Positions 25,255-38,509 of a DNA stretch of 64,000 bases are shown one piece after another. The position numbers were made by a program, and so were the translations under genes. The stretch is from Hemiscyllium ocellatum. Taxonomy: Eukaryota. The stretch is taken from assembly GCF_020745735.1 (NCBI RefSeq), contig NC_083404.1, positions 94,797,731 to 94,861,730 of the forward strand, written 5' to 3'. The notes under the pieces were generated by a model that worked only from the letters and a program-made list of their open reading frames with translations, made no database searches and was not told the DNA's origin. How positions within the stretch are numbered: the stretch's first letter is position 1; each line of letters begins with the position of its first letter.

Positions 25255-27900
25255 AAACATGGCAGACTAATTAGTAAAGATGGATCACATGGGATTCATA
25301 GTGGGCTTGCCAATTGGATATGAAATTGGCTTAACGACAGGAGATTGAGAGCGATGGTGGAGAGTTGTTTTTCAGACTGGACGTCTGTGACCAGTGCTGT
25401 TCCACAGGGATTAGTACTAGATCCACTTTTGTTTCTCATTTATATAAATAATTTCGATGAGAATAGAGAAAGTGTGGTTAGTAAGTTTGTGGATGATGTG
25501 AAGATTGGTGGTAGAGTGGAGAGTGAAGAAGGTTATCTAAGGAGTACAAAAAGTTCTTGATCAATTCGGTGAATGTGCTGAAGAATGGCAGATGGAGTTT
25601 AATTTGGATAAATGCAAGGTGTTGCACATTGGTAAAACAATTTAAAGGTAGGATATGCAATTAATAATAGGGCCCTGGGTAATGTTGTAAAACAGAGAGA
25701 ACTAGGGGTTTAGATAAATAGTTTTTCAAGTTTGCATCACATGGCGGTCCATTTCCATGCTGTATGACTATGAGTTGGATATGGTGACCCCATTTAATAT
25801 TTTAAAATTTGCTGGTGACAGAAAAATACATGGGAATACTAGTTGTGAGAAGGATGCAAGGAGACTTCAAGGGAACATTGACAGGTTAAATGAATGTGCA
25901 AGAGCATGAAAGTTGAAATATGATGTGAATAAGTGTGAAGTTATCCACTTTAATAGGAAAACTGACAGAAATAGACTATTGCTTAAATGGTGAGATGTTG
26001 GGAAGTGTTGATGTCCAAAGTTGATTTTGTTTGAGTTACTGAAAGCTAATATCTAAGTGCAGTAAGCAATTAGAAAGGCAAATAGTATGTTGGCCAATCC
26101 CTCACGGGGATTTGAATACAAATTCACAATGTCTTGTCTTGATTGTATTTAACTAGGTGAGACTATTGTGTGCAGTTTTGACCACCTTATCTAAAGAAGG
26201 ATATGTTTGCCACAGAAGGGAGTACACCAGATGTTTATCCCTGGAATGTTGGATTTTCTTATGTAATTTATAAATGCGGACAGTGGTGGATCTTTGGCAA
26301 TCTGTACTCTAGTGGGCTGTAGAAGCTCAGTCATTGAGCAGCTTCAAGACAGAAATTGATACCCTTTTGTGATTTGTATCCAAAAAAATGATGGAAGTTG
26401 TGGGGGAAAATGGCATTGAGATGGAAGATGTTGTATGACAGAACATGCTTGAGACCTAATTCCTAATGCTCCTAATTCCTATGTTTTTATGCTCCTAGGT
26501 TCCTATCTTTTCAAGTAGACAGAGCAGAATTAGTGGTATGTTACAAGAATCAATACTGAGGTCTCAGTTATTTACAATCTATGCTAGCTTTTTTGAAAAG
26601 ACATGGAGTAATGTATTCTAGCTTGCTGTTAATACTAAGCTGCATGGGAATCTAAGCAGGGGGAGAAAAAGAGGCCGCGAAGTGATTTGGACAATGATGT
26701 TGTAACTGAATGGCCAACAAGATAGCGTATAATCGTAGAAGCCCTACAGTATAGATGCAGGCCATTAGGCCTATAGAGTTCCATAAAATAGAGAAATGAG
26801 AGTTTATTTACTTTATTAGTAAGAATAGAAACACAATAGTTTTAAAAGACATGGAAAATTGTAGCCATAAAAAATTATCCGGGGACTTAGGTTTATTCAG
26901 ACAAGGAGCAAAGAACTTTAGCAGCCAAGTACAGAAAATGAATAAGCAGGTAAATAACATGTTTGCCTTTATTTCAACAGATTTGTAATAGAACAGTAAG
27001 GAATTACACAGTTGTAAAAAGCATTGACATCAGTTGGAATACTGCACGCAGTCGAGGAAGGATATACTTGCATTGGGTGTGGTACCATGAGAGATCACTA
27101 GCTTGGTTCCTTCGATGCAAGGCTAAGTAAATTGGGCCTATGCTCTGGAGTTTAGATGAATAAAGTATTTTTTATTGAAATGTGCAAGTTTCTGAAGGTG
27201 TAGACACTGAAGTTGTTTCTGCTTGCCAGTGAATCCAGAACATTCGATCATAGCATTAGCTTATGGTTTTGATTCCTTTTGACTAATGAGATATTTCTTC
27301 ACTTAATGGGCTGTGATCTTTTGGATTTCTGTACTTCAAAAGGTTTTGAATGCAATCTCTATTGAAGACTAATATAGGCATTTTTATTCTTTGAATCGAA
27401 GAATGTGTGAAGTAGGTGTAAACAGCAAGTGCAAGGTGCCATATGATTTACTTTTCTTACAGTATTTCCTTATTCTTGAATGGCTTCTAAAATTTTCCTT
27501 ATGGGTGTTAGGCTTAATGGCCAAAGATTTAATAACTTCTGCCTTCCTCCCTTTTTGAATAAAGGAATTACATTAGCTGTTTTCTAAACTAAAGGACCCT
27601 TCCCAGAATCTAACTGGTTTTAATTTTCCCAAAATTAATGTGTAAAGCATCTCTCTAACTGCTGCTTATAAGACTCTAGGATGAAATCCATCAGGACCAA
27701 GAGACTTTCAACTTGCTCTTCCAGCCCTTGACTCAGTACAACTTTCCTTTTCATTGTAATTTTCGAGAGTTACTCCCTCCTTTCAATTCCCGATTTTATA
27801 GTTCCATGGTGTTACTTCTATCTTCTGTAGTGAAGACTGATGCAAAATATCTGTTCAGTTCATCAAATCACTAGCATTAATCTTCCCATTACTGCTCAGC
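25255..27900 (+). mobile_element. Cluster of CR1 RT/3' fragments (last ~27530-27890 on the minus strand)
   Basis: SVTSAVPQGLVLDPLLFLIYINNFD, SKFVDDVKIGG and further degenerate KFAxD/KCEV motifs. Confidence 0.75.
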
Positions 27901-28029
27901 TCATTTGCTCATAATTAAGGGATGTGTATTTATTACGATATTTATGACTTCCTAAGCTGTCGTGGCCACATATATCCCTGTACTCCCAACATGCACTCTT
28001 GCATTCCCCATCGCTTTGAGTGGAGAATT

Positions 28030-28545
28030 GAGGAAATTCTCATGCAGTATGCAGATGGCACTACTAGAGAACGATCAAAACTTGACCTTTTGGGAAATAA
28101 GTCGGGGCAAGTGACGGAAGTGTTTGTAGGGGCGCAGTGTGGGACCAGTGACCATAATTTCATTAGTTTTAAAATGACTATGGAAAAGGATAAATCTGGT
28201 CTGCAAGTTAGAGTTCTAAATTGAGGCTAGGCTAATTTTGATGGACTTACGGAAACTTCCAAAAGTTTATTGGGGGAGGCTCTTTGCAAGCAAAGGAACA
28301 TCTGGTAATTGCGAGGCTTTCAAAAGTGAGTCAGTGAGGGTTCAGGGTCAGTGTTTTCCTGTTAGAATGAAGGGTGAGGCTGGCAGGAATAGGGAGCCCT
28401 GGAAAAACTAAAGTCATTGAGGCTCTGGCCTTTTTAAAAAAAGGGAGGCAGCAAATGACACGTATAGGCATCTGGGATCAAGTAAATTCCTTTAGTTTAG
28501 AGTGTGTTGGAGTATACAGGAGAGCTGAAAGGGGACACATTGGCT
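28030..28545 (+). mobile_element. CR1 APE C-terminal fragment
   Basis: TTRERSKLDLLGNKSGQVTEV...GTSDHNFISF. Confidence 0.8.
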
Positions 28546-29394
28546 GTGTATGACCCATTTCCCTTTGTAAAGTATCAGAAAGAATGAAACCATTGTCACC
28601 AGCTTCTAAGTTAGAGACTGTGTGTTTCTGACATCTTTGTCGTCTTTGAGAAAGTATGCAACAGAACAATAACAAATTCAGTAAGGGAGGTAACTAAATG
28701 TTAACGGTGGGAATTTCTGCAGGGGTTTTCTAAAGATCTACTGTGACATCGAGAGCTGGTGTAAGCTCTGTTTGCACTTTCTGGAAGTTTGCAGGTAGAC
28801 AAGTGGAGATCCATTTGGAAATTCACTTCCTTATGTGGAGTAAATGAAGAAAGCAGAAATGAATGACTGTTTGTTTTTTCTTAGATAGAAACCTATTCCA
28901 TCCTTCAGATGTCTCAAAACTTCTCATTTATCATATTACTTTTGCAGTGCACACCATTACAGCAAACTTTGTTTAAACTAGCAAAATTTATATGACTCAA
29001 ATTGCAGTTTACTGTATTATTCTGTCCAGTTATTATAGATCTGTAATTTATTTATGTAAATGAATATACTTGTTCATTTGAATGACCGCATGAAATGTCA
29101 ACAGTTGATTCAATTTTGAATCAATTTCTCGTTAAATAATGTAATCTACCGTGATGTCTGTTTCAAGTGAGAAGGCTCTGTGCCAGTCAGTTTTTTATTT
29201 AAGGCAAATTAGGCATTATTATTGTGACCTCTGCTGTAAATAAAGTAGAAATGATGTATATGTTTCTATTACTTAGTGTGTTTTTTTAACATTAATTATA
29301 TGAACCTCTTGATTATCAGGAATATTTTATCAACTGGCACACTCCTGGTTCCATAAGTGTTGATTAATGAAAGGTTTGCTGTACATGGAAAATA

Positions 29395-29680
29395 TACATA
29401 CGAACATACAAATCATGAGCAGAATTAAACAATTTGGCTCCTCATGCCTGCTCCACTTTGAAAAAGGTCATGGCTTATCAATTTGTGTTCCAAGTTCCAC
29501 ATTCCCATCTTCTCCCGTTAGCATTGATTCCCTAACCATCTAGAGTCTGTCTTCTGCATTAAAAATGTTCAAGGACCTGACTTTCTGAGGAAGCAAGATC
29601 CAAAGCCACACTCTTGAGAGGAGAAAAAAAAGAAGAATCCCTTATTCCTCTCCTAAAAGATGACTCCTCGTTTCTCTTAG
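29395..29680 (-). mobile_element. Old CR1 3' end
   Basis: Reverse-complement similarity to the CR1 3' tail at ~34350-34650. Confidence 0.55.
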
Positions 29681-31079
29681 CAGCAAATTGGACACAGCGT
29701 AATGTTAAAAACACAGTTGGTAATAATATTCAACTAATATCACTGTGGTGTTGGTTAAAGGAGGAATATTGATGAGGACACCTTTAAAATGGCCTCTTTG
29801 AATAATATGGAATCTTTTTATTACCTGCTTGCAGTTTCTGGTTAATGCTCACCTTCTAACAATGGAGCATTATTTCTGCACAGTTATTACACAAACATTC
29901 AAGAATGTTGATAGAAAAGGTCAGCAAACCTGTTTGTACATTCCACCTTGTCTGTTATGTATGGCAATGTGACTTTATGAATTACAAAGGTATTCCTACA
30001 CACCAGAAACTCAGTTAAGTGATTAAAATTATTTAAGATGGCAACATTAACTCAATGTATTACTGGGTGCCTAGTTTTTGTTTGATGTCATGTGCCCCAA
30101 AAAGCAACTAGTTTAGCTTTTTTCCAGGTTTACAGCAAATTGCGTGTCCCTCGAGCACAAATAATTTATTCTGAGTTTACTATTCTCTAGGAAAAGAAGA
30201 TCCAACTAATTTGTACAACCTATATGACTATGACGTCCCTAATCTATCTAATTGAAGTAACTTATCAGCGTGAACATAGTCTGTTTCCTTTGGTCTTTTG
30301 TAGACATCGCTCAAATTAGCTGTACCTTCAATTATACTAAGAAAATAAGCAGTGTTTTAAGCCAGTCACACAAGCTAAATTGTTTCAAAGTGGAAATTAA
30401 TATTATGGTGTTGCTCTTAAACTTTCTTTAATGCCTCTGTCACCTATCATGAGGTTTAAGGTCAGGCGTAGGATTCTACATGTGTTCTAATGTACAGAAT
30501 GTGTTTAATTTCATGTTATTATTGCCTAGTTTACTTCATATCCTGTAGAATATTTTTCAGCAGTATAGGTGGAGCTTATGGTGAGGTTACAGCAATGAAT
30601 GATGAGAAATAATTCTGGACGGTAATATCCTCATGGCCACTGATTTAATTAACTAATTAGCCATGAAAAATGTTGCAGTTTTATGTTGTGAACTTGCAGC
30701 TTCTAGGAATCTGATTAAAACTGTTTTTTAATTTAATGTAGGATGAGCTAGCAGAATGAGATTTTCATCGCACCTGATTGATTTTGCTCCTCTGGTCCAA
30801 TGTTGAAGATGAAGGAATAGTGTACTAAATGTTGTCATTTTGATTTTGCTCTTTTTTTTTGAAAGATCATCCAGGAATTTTAATATTTCTATTATACATT
30901 GTGGTTTATTGTACATGCTGATGTTTGAATAACAGTTCTGTACAATGAGAAATTCAAACATAACCAGATCAACTCTGTTCTAATTCAGTGGTGCATCAGG
31001 TTTGAGAGGCCAAATGAATGTTTCTGCTTCTGGTTTGTATTTAACATGATACAGAAGGAAATGGTTAGGTTTACAACTG

Positions 31080-31345
31080 ATCGGTGAAAATTTGAATTTA
31101 AGAACTGGTTATAAGATATAAAAGAGGGTGGTAGGGGAATGGAATGAGCTGCCAGAGGAAGTGGTGGAGACTGGTACAATTGCAACATTTAAGAGGCATT
31201 TGGATGAGTATATAAATAGGAAGGGTTTGGAGGGATGTGAGCCAGGTGCTGGCAGGTGGGACTAGATTGGGTCGGGATATCTGCTTGGCATCGACGGTTT
31301 AGACCAAAGGGTCTTTTTCCATGCTGTACATCTCTATGATTCTAA
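31080..31345 (+). mobile_element. CR1 3' end
   Basis: GAGGGTGGTAGGGGAATGGAATGAGCTGCCAGAGGAAGTGGTGGAG...CCATGCTGTACATCTCTATGATTCTA. Confidence 0.85.
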
Positions 31346-31429
31346 TTGATTTGGAAATGAGTTGTTAGATGCCAGAAATAAAGCTTCTAACTAAGGCACT
31401 CAGGAATTAACAGTGCTGGAAAATTAGCA

Positions 31430-31786
31430 TTGAGGTAGACAAGCAGGAGGCTAGAAGAACACAGCAAGCAAGGCAGCATTAGGAGGTGGAGAAGCCAATG
31501 TTTTGGATGTAATCCTTCTTTAGGGCTGGAGATGGATGTAAGAGGAGCTACAGGTAAAAGTGGTGAGGGTTTTTGGAGGGTGGTTAGGTAGGGATAGACT
31601 AACACAGGTAGTGGGTACAACCTGATTGTTTGGGAGGAATGAATCCAGTTGGGTAGTTGGAAGGAAGGGTTGACCAGAGTAGGGACGGTGGATTGGAAGG
31701 GAGGTTATGTTGAGTCCCCCAGGCTGTAGGCTGCCCAGGCGGAAAATGAGGTGTTGTTCCTCCAATTTGTGTTTTGATTCCCTGTG
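31430..31786 (-). mobile_element. Penelope-like 3' fragment
   Basis: Minus ORF EEQHLIFRLGSLQPGGLNI; same family as 53530-54120. Confidence 0.8.
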
Positions 31787-32081
31787 GAGGAGGCTCAGTG
31801 GTTAGCACTGCTGCCTCACAGCGCCTGGGACCCATGTTCAATCCCCGTCTCGAGCAACTGTCTGTGCGGAGTTTGCACATTCTCCCTCTGTCTGCGTGGG
31901 TTTCCTCCGGGTGCTCCGGTTTCCTCCAACAGTCCAAAGATGTGAATTGGTGAATTGGACATGCTAAAGTGCCCATAGTGTTAGGTGCATTAGTTAGGGT
32001 GGGTTGCTATTGTGAGGGTCAGTGTGGACTAGTTGGGTTAAAGGGCCTGTTTCCACACTGTAGGGAATCTAATCTAGTCTA
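31787..32081 (+). mobile_element. HE1 V-SINE
   Basis: GGCTCAGTGGTTAGCACTGCTGCCTCACAGCGCC...GGGCCTGTTTCCACACTGTAGGGAATCTAATCTA. Confidence 0.92.
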
Positions 32082-32224
32082 AGATTATACAATACACTGT
32101 ACTTTAGTGAGTTTGTAGCACTTTCAGTTTTGGAGATGAGGTTATTTTCTTCACCTATGAATCTGTCCCATGAGTGTTTTTTGTTTTACAGGTACTGTCA
32201 ACAGTGGCATATGACGGATGGCAG

Positions 32225-34650
32225 TAAAGTTATTGTAAAGTCAGGATTATTGCCTGAGGCATGTGCAAATTGGCTTGGGGATAAGAAAATTAGGAAAGTA
32301 AACATGTAGCTAAGGGAGTGGTGTGGGAAAGAGTGGTCCCGTTTCATGGGGTATTGGCATCAGTTTTCGAACTAGGGAGATCTATACTGATGGGATGGTC
32401 TCCACCTGAACTAAACCTGAACAAGTGTTTTAGTGAAAAAGATAAATAGGTTGGTCACTAGGACTTTAAACTAGCGAGTTGGGTGGAAGGGAAAGGGAAA
32501 ATGACAGGAAGTATAATGCTAAGTAAAAAGGTAAGCAACAGGTTAGTATGTATGCAGGAGGGTTTAAGTACAAGGCATACTATGAAAGAAGTAAAAATGA
32601 AGGATTGCTTGAGATATTATTAGTGATGGAAGTCATGAGAGTAAGAAAGCTAGCATAAGGGCACTTTACCTGACTGCTTGTAGCATTCGTAACAAGCTAG
32701 ACGAGTTAATGGCACATATCATCGCAAATGAATATGATTTAGTAGCTATTATGGAGACATGGTTATAGGATAGACACGACTGGGAGTTAAATATCCAGGA
32801 TATCAGACTATTCAGGAGAACAGACAAGAAGGTAAGGGAAGTCGTGTAGCTCTGATACTCAAGGATGACATCCAGGCAGTGCTGAGAGATGATGTGGGTT
32901 CTATGGAGAATAAGGTTGAATCCATTTGGGTGGATTTTAGAAATTTTAAGAAGAAAATATCTCTGATAGATGTAATCTATAGACCACCAAATAATAAATC
33001 ACATTGGTGTGGGCAATAAACAAATAAATAACTCGTGTCTATAAAAATGGTACAGCAATTGTCATGGGGGAGGCTTTTAATCTACATGTCGATTGGTCGA
33101 ACCAGATCGGTCAGGGTAGCATCGAGCAGGAGTTTGTTGAGTGTATCCGGGATAGTTTTCTTGAACAGGTATGTAATGGATCTGACGAGGGAGCAAGCTA
33201 TCCTAGATCTGGTCCTGTGTAATGAGACAGGAATAATTAATGACCTCATAGTTAGGGATCCTCTTAGAAGGAACGATCACAGTATGGTTGAATTTAGAAT
33301 ACAGATGGAGAGTGTGAAGATAAGATCCAGTACCAGGATCTTGTGCTTAAGCAAGGGAGATTACAATAGAATGAAGGAGGATTTAGCTGAAGTAGACTGG
33401 AAACAAGGATTTTATGATGGAACAGTTGACGAGCAGTGGAGGACTTTCAAAGCAATTTTTCAAAGTGCTCAGCAAAAGTATATTCCAGTGAAAAGGAAGG
33501 ACTGTTAGAAAGAGGGTAATCTTCCATCGGTATCAAAGGAAATAAATGGCTATCAAAGTGAAAGAGAAGGCATACAAAGTGGCAAAGAACAGCATGAGAC
33601 AGAAGAAAGATTGGGAAAACTTTAAAGGTCAACAGAAAGCCACAAAAAGAGTGATAAAGAAAAGTAAGATAGAAGTAGAGTAAAATTAGAGCAGAATATA
33701 AAGACACAAAGCAAATGTTTCTATGAATATATAAAATGAAAAAGTGGCTAGAGTAAACATTTGCTCCTTGAGAGGATGAGAAGGGGCATTTAGTTATGGG
33801 ATATGATGAAATGGCAGAGGAATTGAACAGATATTTTGTATCGATCCTCACAGTGGAGGATACTAATAACATGCCAGAAATTGTCGAAGAGATGAAGGGA
33901 ACAATAAATATTATGGAAGAGTAATGTTGAGCAAGCTAATGAAACTAATGATAGAAAAATCTCCTGGCCCTGATGGACTGCATCCCAGGGTACGAAAAGC
34001 GATGGTGGGAGAAATAGCAAATGCACTGGTGGTAATTTTCCAAAATTTGCTCAACTTTGGGGCAGCCCCAGCAGATTGGGAAGCAGCAAATATGACAGCA
34101 CTGTTTAAAAAGGGAAGTAGACAAAAAAATGGGGGATTCTAGACTGGTTAGCTTAACCTCTGTAGTAAGGAAGATGCTTGAGTCTATTATAAAGGAAGAA
34201 ATAGCAAGGCATCTCGATAGAAATTGTCCCGTTGGGCTCATGCAGGGCAGGTCATGCAGGTCGTGGGGGGGGGGAAATGTTCCAGAAAAATATAAAATTA
34301 TGAAGGGAATAGATAAGATAGAAGAGGATGTTTCCACTGGCAGGTGAAACGAGGACAAAGGGGCATAGCTTCAAGATTAGAGGGAGCAGATTTCGGACTG
34401 AATTGAGAAGAAACTTCTTCACCCAGTGGGTTGTGAATCTATGGAATTCCTTGCCCATTGAAGTAGTTGATACTACTTCAGTAAATGTTTTTAAAGCTAA
34501 GATTTTTTTGTACAGTAAAGGAATTAAGGGATACAGTGCGGGAACGGTAAGTGGAGCTGAGTCCATGAAAAAATCAGCCATGATCTTATTGAATGATGGT
34601 GCAGGCAAGAGCCTGATAGCCTACTCCTGCTCCTAGTTCTTACATTCTAA
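32225..34650 (+). mobile_element. CR1 LINE with ORF1 end, APE and an internally deleted RT
   Basis: ORF1 motifs SGLLPEA and DGLHLN; APE motifs TREQAILDLVLCNE and DHSMVEF; SPGPDGLHPRV. Sequence jumps near 34260 from early RT to the C-terminus TRTKGHSFKIRGSRFRTELRRNFFTQWVVNLWNSLP. Confidence 0.9.
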
Positions 34651-34829
34651 GTTATTGCTCATAGAATAAAAGGGACAGTAGCGATGTGGATACAGCATTG
34701 GCTGAGTGATAGTAGATAGTGTAATGGTCAACAGAAATTTTTCAGTCTGAGAAAAGTTTGCAATGGAGTTACCCAGGGTTCTTTTGCTTATCTCGACATA
34801 TTAATAATCTAGATCATGTGGTGAAGGTG

Positions 34830-35058
34830 TAGCTGAAAATGTGTTGCTGGTCAAAGCACAACAGGTCAGGCAGCATCCAAGGAACAGGAAGTTCGACGTT
34901 TCGGGCCAGAGCCCTTCATCAGGAAATTCCTTCCTGATGAAGGGCTCTGGCCCAAAATGTCAAATTTCCTGTTCCTGGGATGCTGCCTGACCTGCTGTGC
35001 TTTCACCAGCAACACATTTTCAGCTCTGATCTCCAGCATCTGCAGACCTCACTTTTTA
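34830..35058. mobile_element. Fold-back PLE family A mini-element with two opposed hammerhead motifs, inserted in an old CR1 (34650-35590)
   Basis: Inverted arms of ~95 bp and an exact 15-bp direct repeat CATGTGGTGAAGGTG at 34815-34829 and 35059-35073. Confidence 0.9.
34889..34925 (-). ncRNA. Minimal type I hammerhead ribozyme motif (intact core)
   Basis: Minus strand reads TTC-CTGATGA-A-GGGC TCTG GCCC-GAAACGTC-GAA: conserved core, 4-bp stem II, 3-bp stem I and palindromic ACGT stem III. Confidence 0.7.
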
Positions 35059-36059
35059 CATGTGGTGAAGGTGACAGTTCCACAGTTTGCAAATGATATG
35101 AAACATAGAAACATTGTAACCTGTTCGGGTTGAGTGTAAAACTTCAGCAGGGCAGCAAGAGGTTGGTTGGGTGGGAAGTGGCAAATGAGGTTCAACATGA
35201 AAATGTGAGAAATGATGCATTTTCATCGGAAGAACATAGTTAATATTAAATGATGTTTAGGAGCAGAGGGCATTGGTCTTTATGCATTGATTTTTGAAGG
35301 TGACAGGACAAATAAATGGAGCAGCTAATGAAGCATACAGTATTTGGGTTTTATTTATAGAGTTATAGAATAAACGAACAAGAGAGTTTCTGCTGAATTC
35401 TTACAAGACACTGGAAGTGTTGGGGGAGGCAAGTTCCATTGACGCATTCAAAGGATATTAGATGTTTATTTTAATATATGTGCAAGAGTGCAGAGAATAG
35501 TTGGATAGCATGAGGCATAATACTCATTCAGCCAACCAGTGCAGGCATCATGAACTGAATGGCTGCATCTTACGTCAGCAATTCTGATTCATTTGAAGGC
35601 TATAAAGTTATACTGTATAAAGGTAAAAACAATGGTATACTGTATGGAGATAGAAACTATGAGCATTGTTCAGAGCAAATATCCTTAATTTGTTTCACTT
35701 GAGAGGGATGAAACAAATACTGCAGTTCAGTAAGGATAAAGATAGTAAGAGAGGAAACGTTTAGTTGTTTAGCATCCTTGGAAAAGAATAAGTCATGTTA
35801 AAATTAAATGGATCTTCGAAAGCAAATAAAAGCAAGAAGGAAAGAAATTGCAGCAGTCCTGACCATGTTTTTCCAATCCTCTCTTGCTCCAAGAATGGTA
35901 CATATCTGCAAGAATATGTACTTAGCCCCTTACTATGCTCATACGCTCTCAATTGTGTGGCCAAATTTCCCCCAACTCCATTTACAAGTTTGCTGACTGC
36001 ACCACCATTGTAAATCGGATTTCAAACAATAACAAGACAGAATGCAGAAAAAGATTTAG

Positions 36060-38485
36060 TGCTTAACAACACGATATAAAGACAGCAATGTCTTCGTCAA
36101 CATCAACAAACTAAAGAAGGTGATCACTGACTTCAGGAAGCAAAGTGGAGGGCACTCCCCTATCTGCATCAATGGTGCTGAGGTGGAGATGGTCAAGTGT
36201 CAAGTTCTTGGGAGTGGTGATTGCCAATAATCTTTCCTGCTCCACCCATGTTGCTGCAATTGTCCAGAAACCTCATCAATAACTCTACTTCCTCAGGAGG
36301 CCAAAGAAATTTGACATGTCCTCGAAGATGTTTTTGCCAATTTTTATAGATACACCATAGAAAGTGTCCTATCTAGATGCACCACAGCATGGTATGGTAA
36401 TTGCTCTTTCCAAAACTGCAAGATACTTCTGAGAGGCGCAAATACACCTCAGTCCATCATGTAAACCAGCCTTCCATCCAATGACTCCACTGCCTCAGAA
36501 AAACAACTACCATAATTAAAGACGACTCCTTCCTCGTTTAAACTCACCTTACCCTCTTCCATTGGGCGGAAGATATGAAAGTTTGAATACATGTGTGAAC
36601 AGATTCAAGAATACCTTCTTCCCTGCTTTGGATGTGCTGGTGTTGGACTGGGGTGTACAAAGTTAAAAATCCCACAACATCAGGTTATAGTCCAACAGGT
36701 TTATTTGGAAGCACTAGCTTTCTGAGCACTGCTCCTTCATCAGTTGGTTGTGGACTGTAAGGTCGTATGGCACAGAATTTATAGTAAAAGTTTACAGTGT
36801 GATGCAAGTGTAATTATATATTGGAAAAGATCTGGATTGTTTAAGTCTCTCATCTTTCTTTTAGAATGGGCATGTTGGTTTTAGTTCTTTCGTATGTAAA
36901 TCCCAGAACTTAAAGTTACATTCTCAACTTTAACAATAGGTGCCATGTTGGCCCAGATAATGCATTGAAGGTGTGAGGTACAATGAGGTGTAATAACAGG
37001 TTATGATGTTCAATTCATCGACTGCCAGTTTCAATATGCCACAGCAAGAAACTGTAATGACCTCCTCAGGAGACAGACACAAGCTGCAACTGACAGGATA
37101 CCCTTCGTTGACCAGTACTTCCCAGGAGCTGAAAAACTACACCATGTTCTTCGCAGCCTGCAACACACCAGTGCGGATGAGCATCTTGCCAAAACCTTCC
37201 CCACACCTCCATTTCTTGCCTTTAAACAGCTACTAAACTTCAAACAGATCATTGTTCGCAGCAAACTGCCCAGCTTTCAGGGCAACACCATACAACCTTG
37301 TCACGGTAGATGCTGCAAGATGTGTCAGTGTCGCCACAGATACCACTATTACAAGTGGAGACATCTTCTACCATATAAATGGAGGTACTCATGTGACTGC
37401 CAATGTTGCTTATCCCATATGTTGCAGGAAAAGATGCCCTGAGGCATGGTACATTGGTAAGACCAAGCAGAGGCTACGGCAACAGATGAATGGACACTAC
37501 ACAGCAATCAACAGACAGGAGTGTTCCCTCCCAATCGGAGAATACTTCACTTCAACTGTGCGGGACATTCAACCTGGGACCTTCGTGTGATCATCCTCCA
37601 AGGCAGACTTTGGGATAGGTACACATTAGGATAGCCTCACCCGGGGCGTTGGGTTCATATTACACTGCAGGTGATAGACGTCGACTCAGATGCAGACAGA
37701 TGGAACCACATACACACAGACTGACACACACGCACACAGATGGAGACACACACACACACACACACTCTCAGACACTCAAACCCACTCCCCACCGCTCACA
37801 CCCACATGCATGCACAGGTTTATGGGGTAGATTTGTATCTGTAGAATTACATTTTATTTTGCTCAAAAACTGCATGAATCCATGTAAGATTCTGTAAATC
37901 TTTTTTAAAGATTAGAATCAGTCTGAACATTGGGATACAGGCCGCCTCACACAGGGCCCCTCACCTTCAGTGCATTATCTGGGCCAACATGGCACTTATT
38001 GTTAAAGTTCACTTGAGAATGTAACTTTAGAAAGTTCTGGGATTTACATATGAAAGAATTGAAACCAACATGGTCATTCTAACAGATGAGAGATATAACA
38101 AATAATACAGGTTTTTTTCAGTATATAATTTCAGTTACATCACACTTTAAACTTCTATAAATTCTGTGCCCTACAACCTTACACTCCCCAACCATCTGAC
38201 GAAGGAGCAGCCCTCCGAAATCTAGTGTTTCCGCATAAACCTGTTGAACTATAACCTGGTGTTGTGATTTTTTTTTTACTTTCTTCCCTGCTGTAATCTG
38301 ACCTCTCAAATGTTAATGATGATATCTCATTCTCTCTGCACCTTCTCTGTGGCTAATGCTGTATTCTGCACTCATTCTGCTGCTCTGATGCACTTTCGTA
38401 TGGTATAATTTGCCTGTGTAGCATGTAAAACAACACTCTTCACTGTATCTTGGTACATGTGAGAACAATGAATTAAACAATCAAA
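36060..38485 (+). mobile_element. Rex1/Babar-like LINE 3' part, split by a PLE insertion
   Basis: Translates to NINKLKKVITDFRK...SPICINGAEVEMV, LYFLRR.KKF and FYRYTIESVLS.CTTAWYGNC, typical of the Rex1/Babar RT C-terminus. The tail resumes at 38293. Confidence 0.8.
36628..38280. mobile_element. Penelope-like element family C with inverted terminal repeat, GIY-YIG remnant and (CA)n tract
   Basis: CRKRCPEAWYIGKTKQRLRQQMNGH. 36660-36978 is the reverse complement of ~37955-38280. 12-bp TSD TTCTTCCCTGCT at 36616-36627 and 38281-38292. Hammerhead-like motifs at ~36710-36745 (-) and 38193-38227 (+). Confidence 0.9.
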
Positions 38486-38509
38486 CTGGAGGTTTCACTG
38501 TTGTGAAAA

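Noticed and set aside
31787-31870. tRNA genes at the heads of HE1 and other SINEs
   Set aside because: They have A/B boxes but continue directly into SINE bodies, and I could not fold a full cloverleaf.
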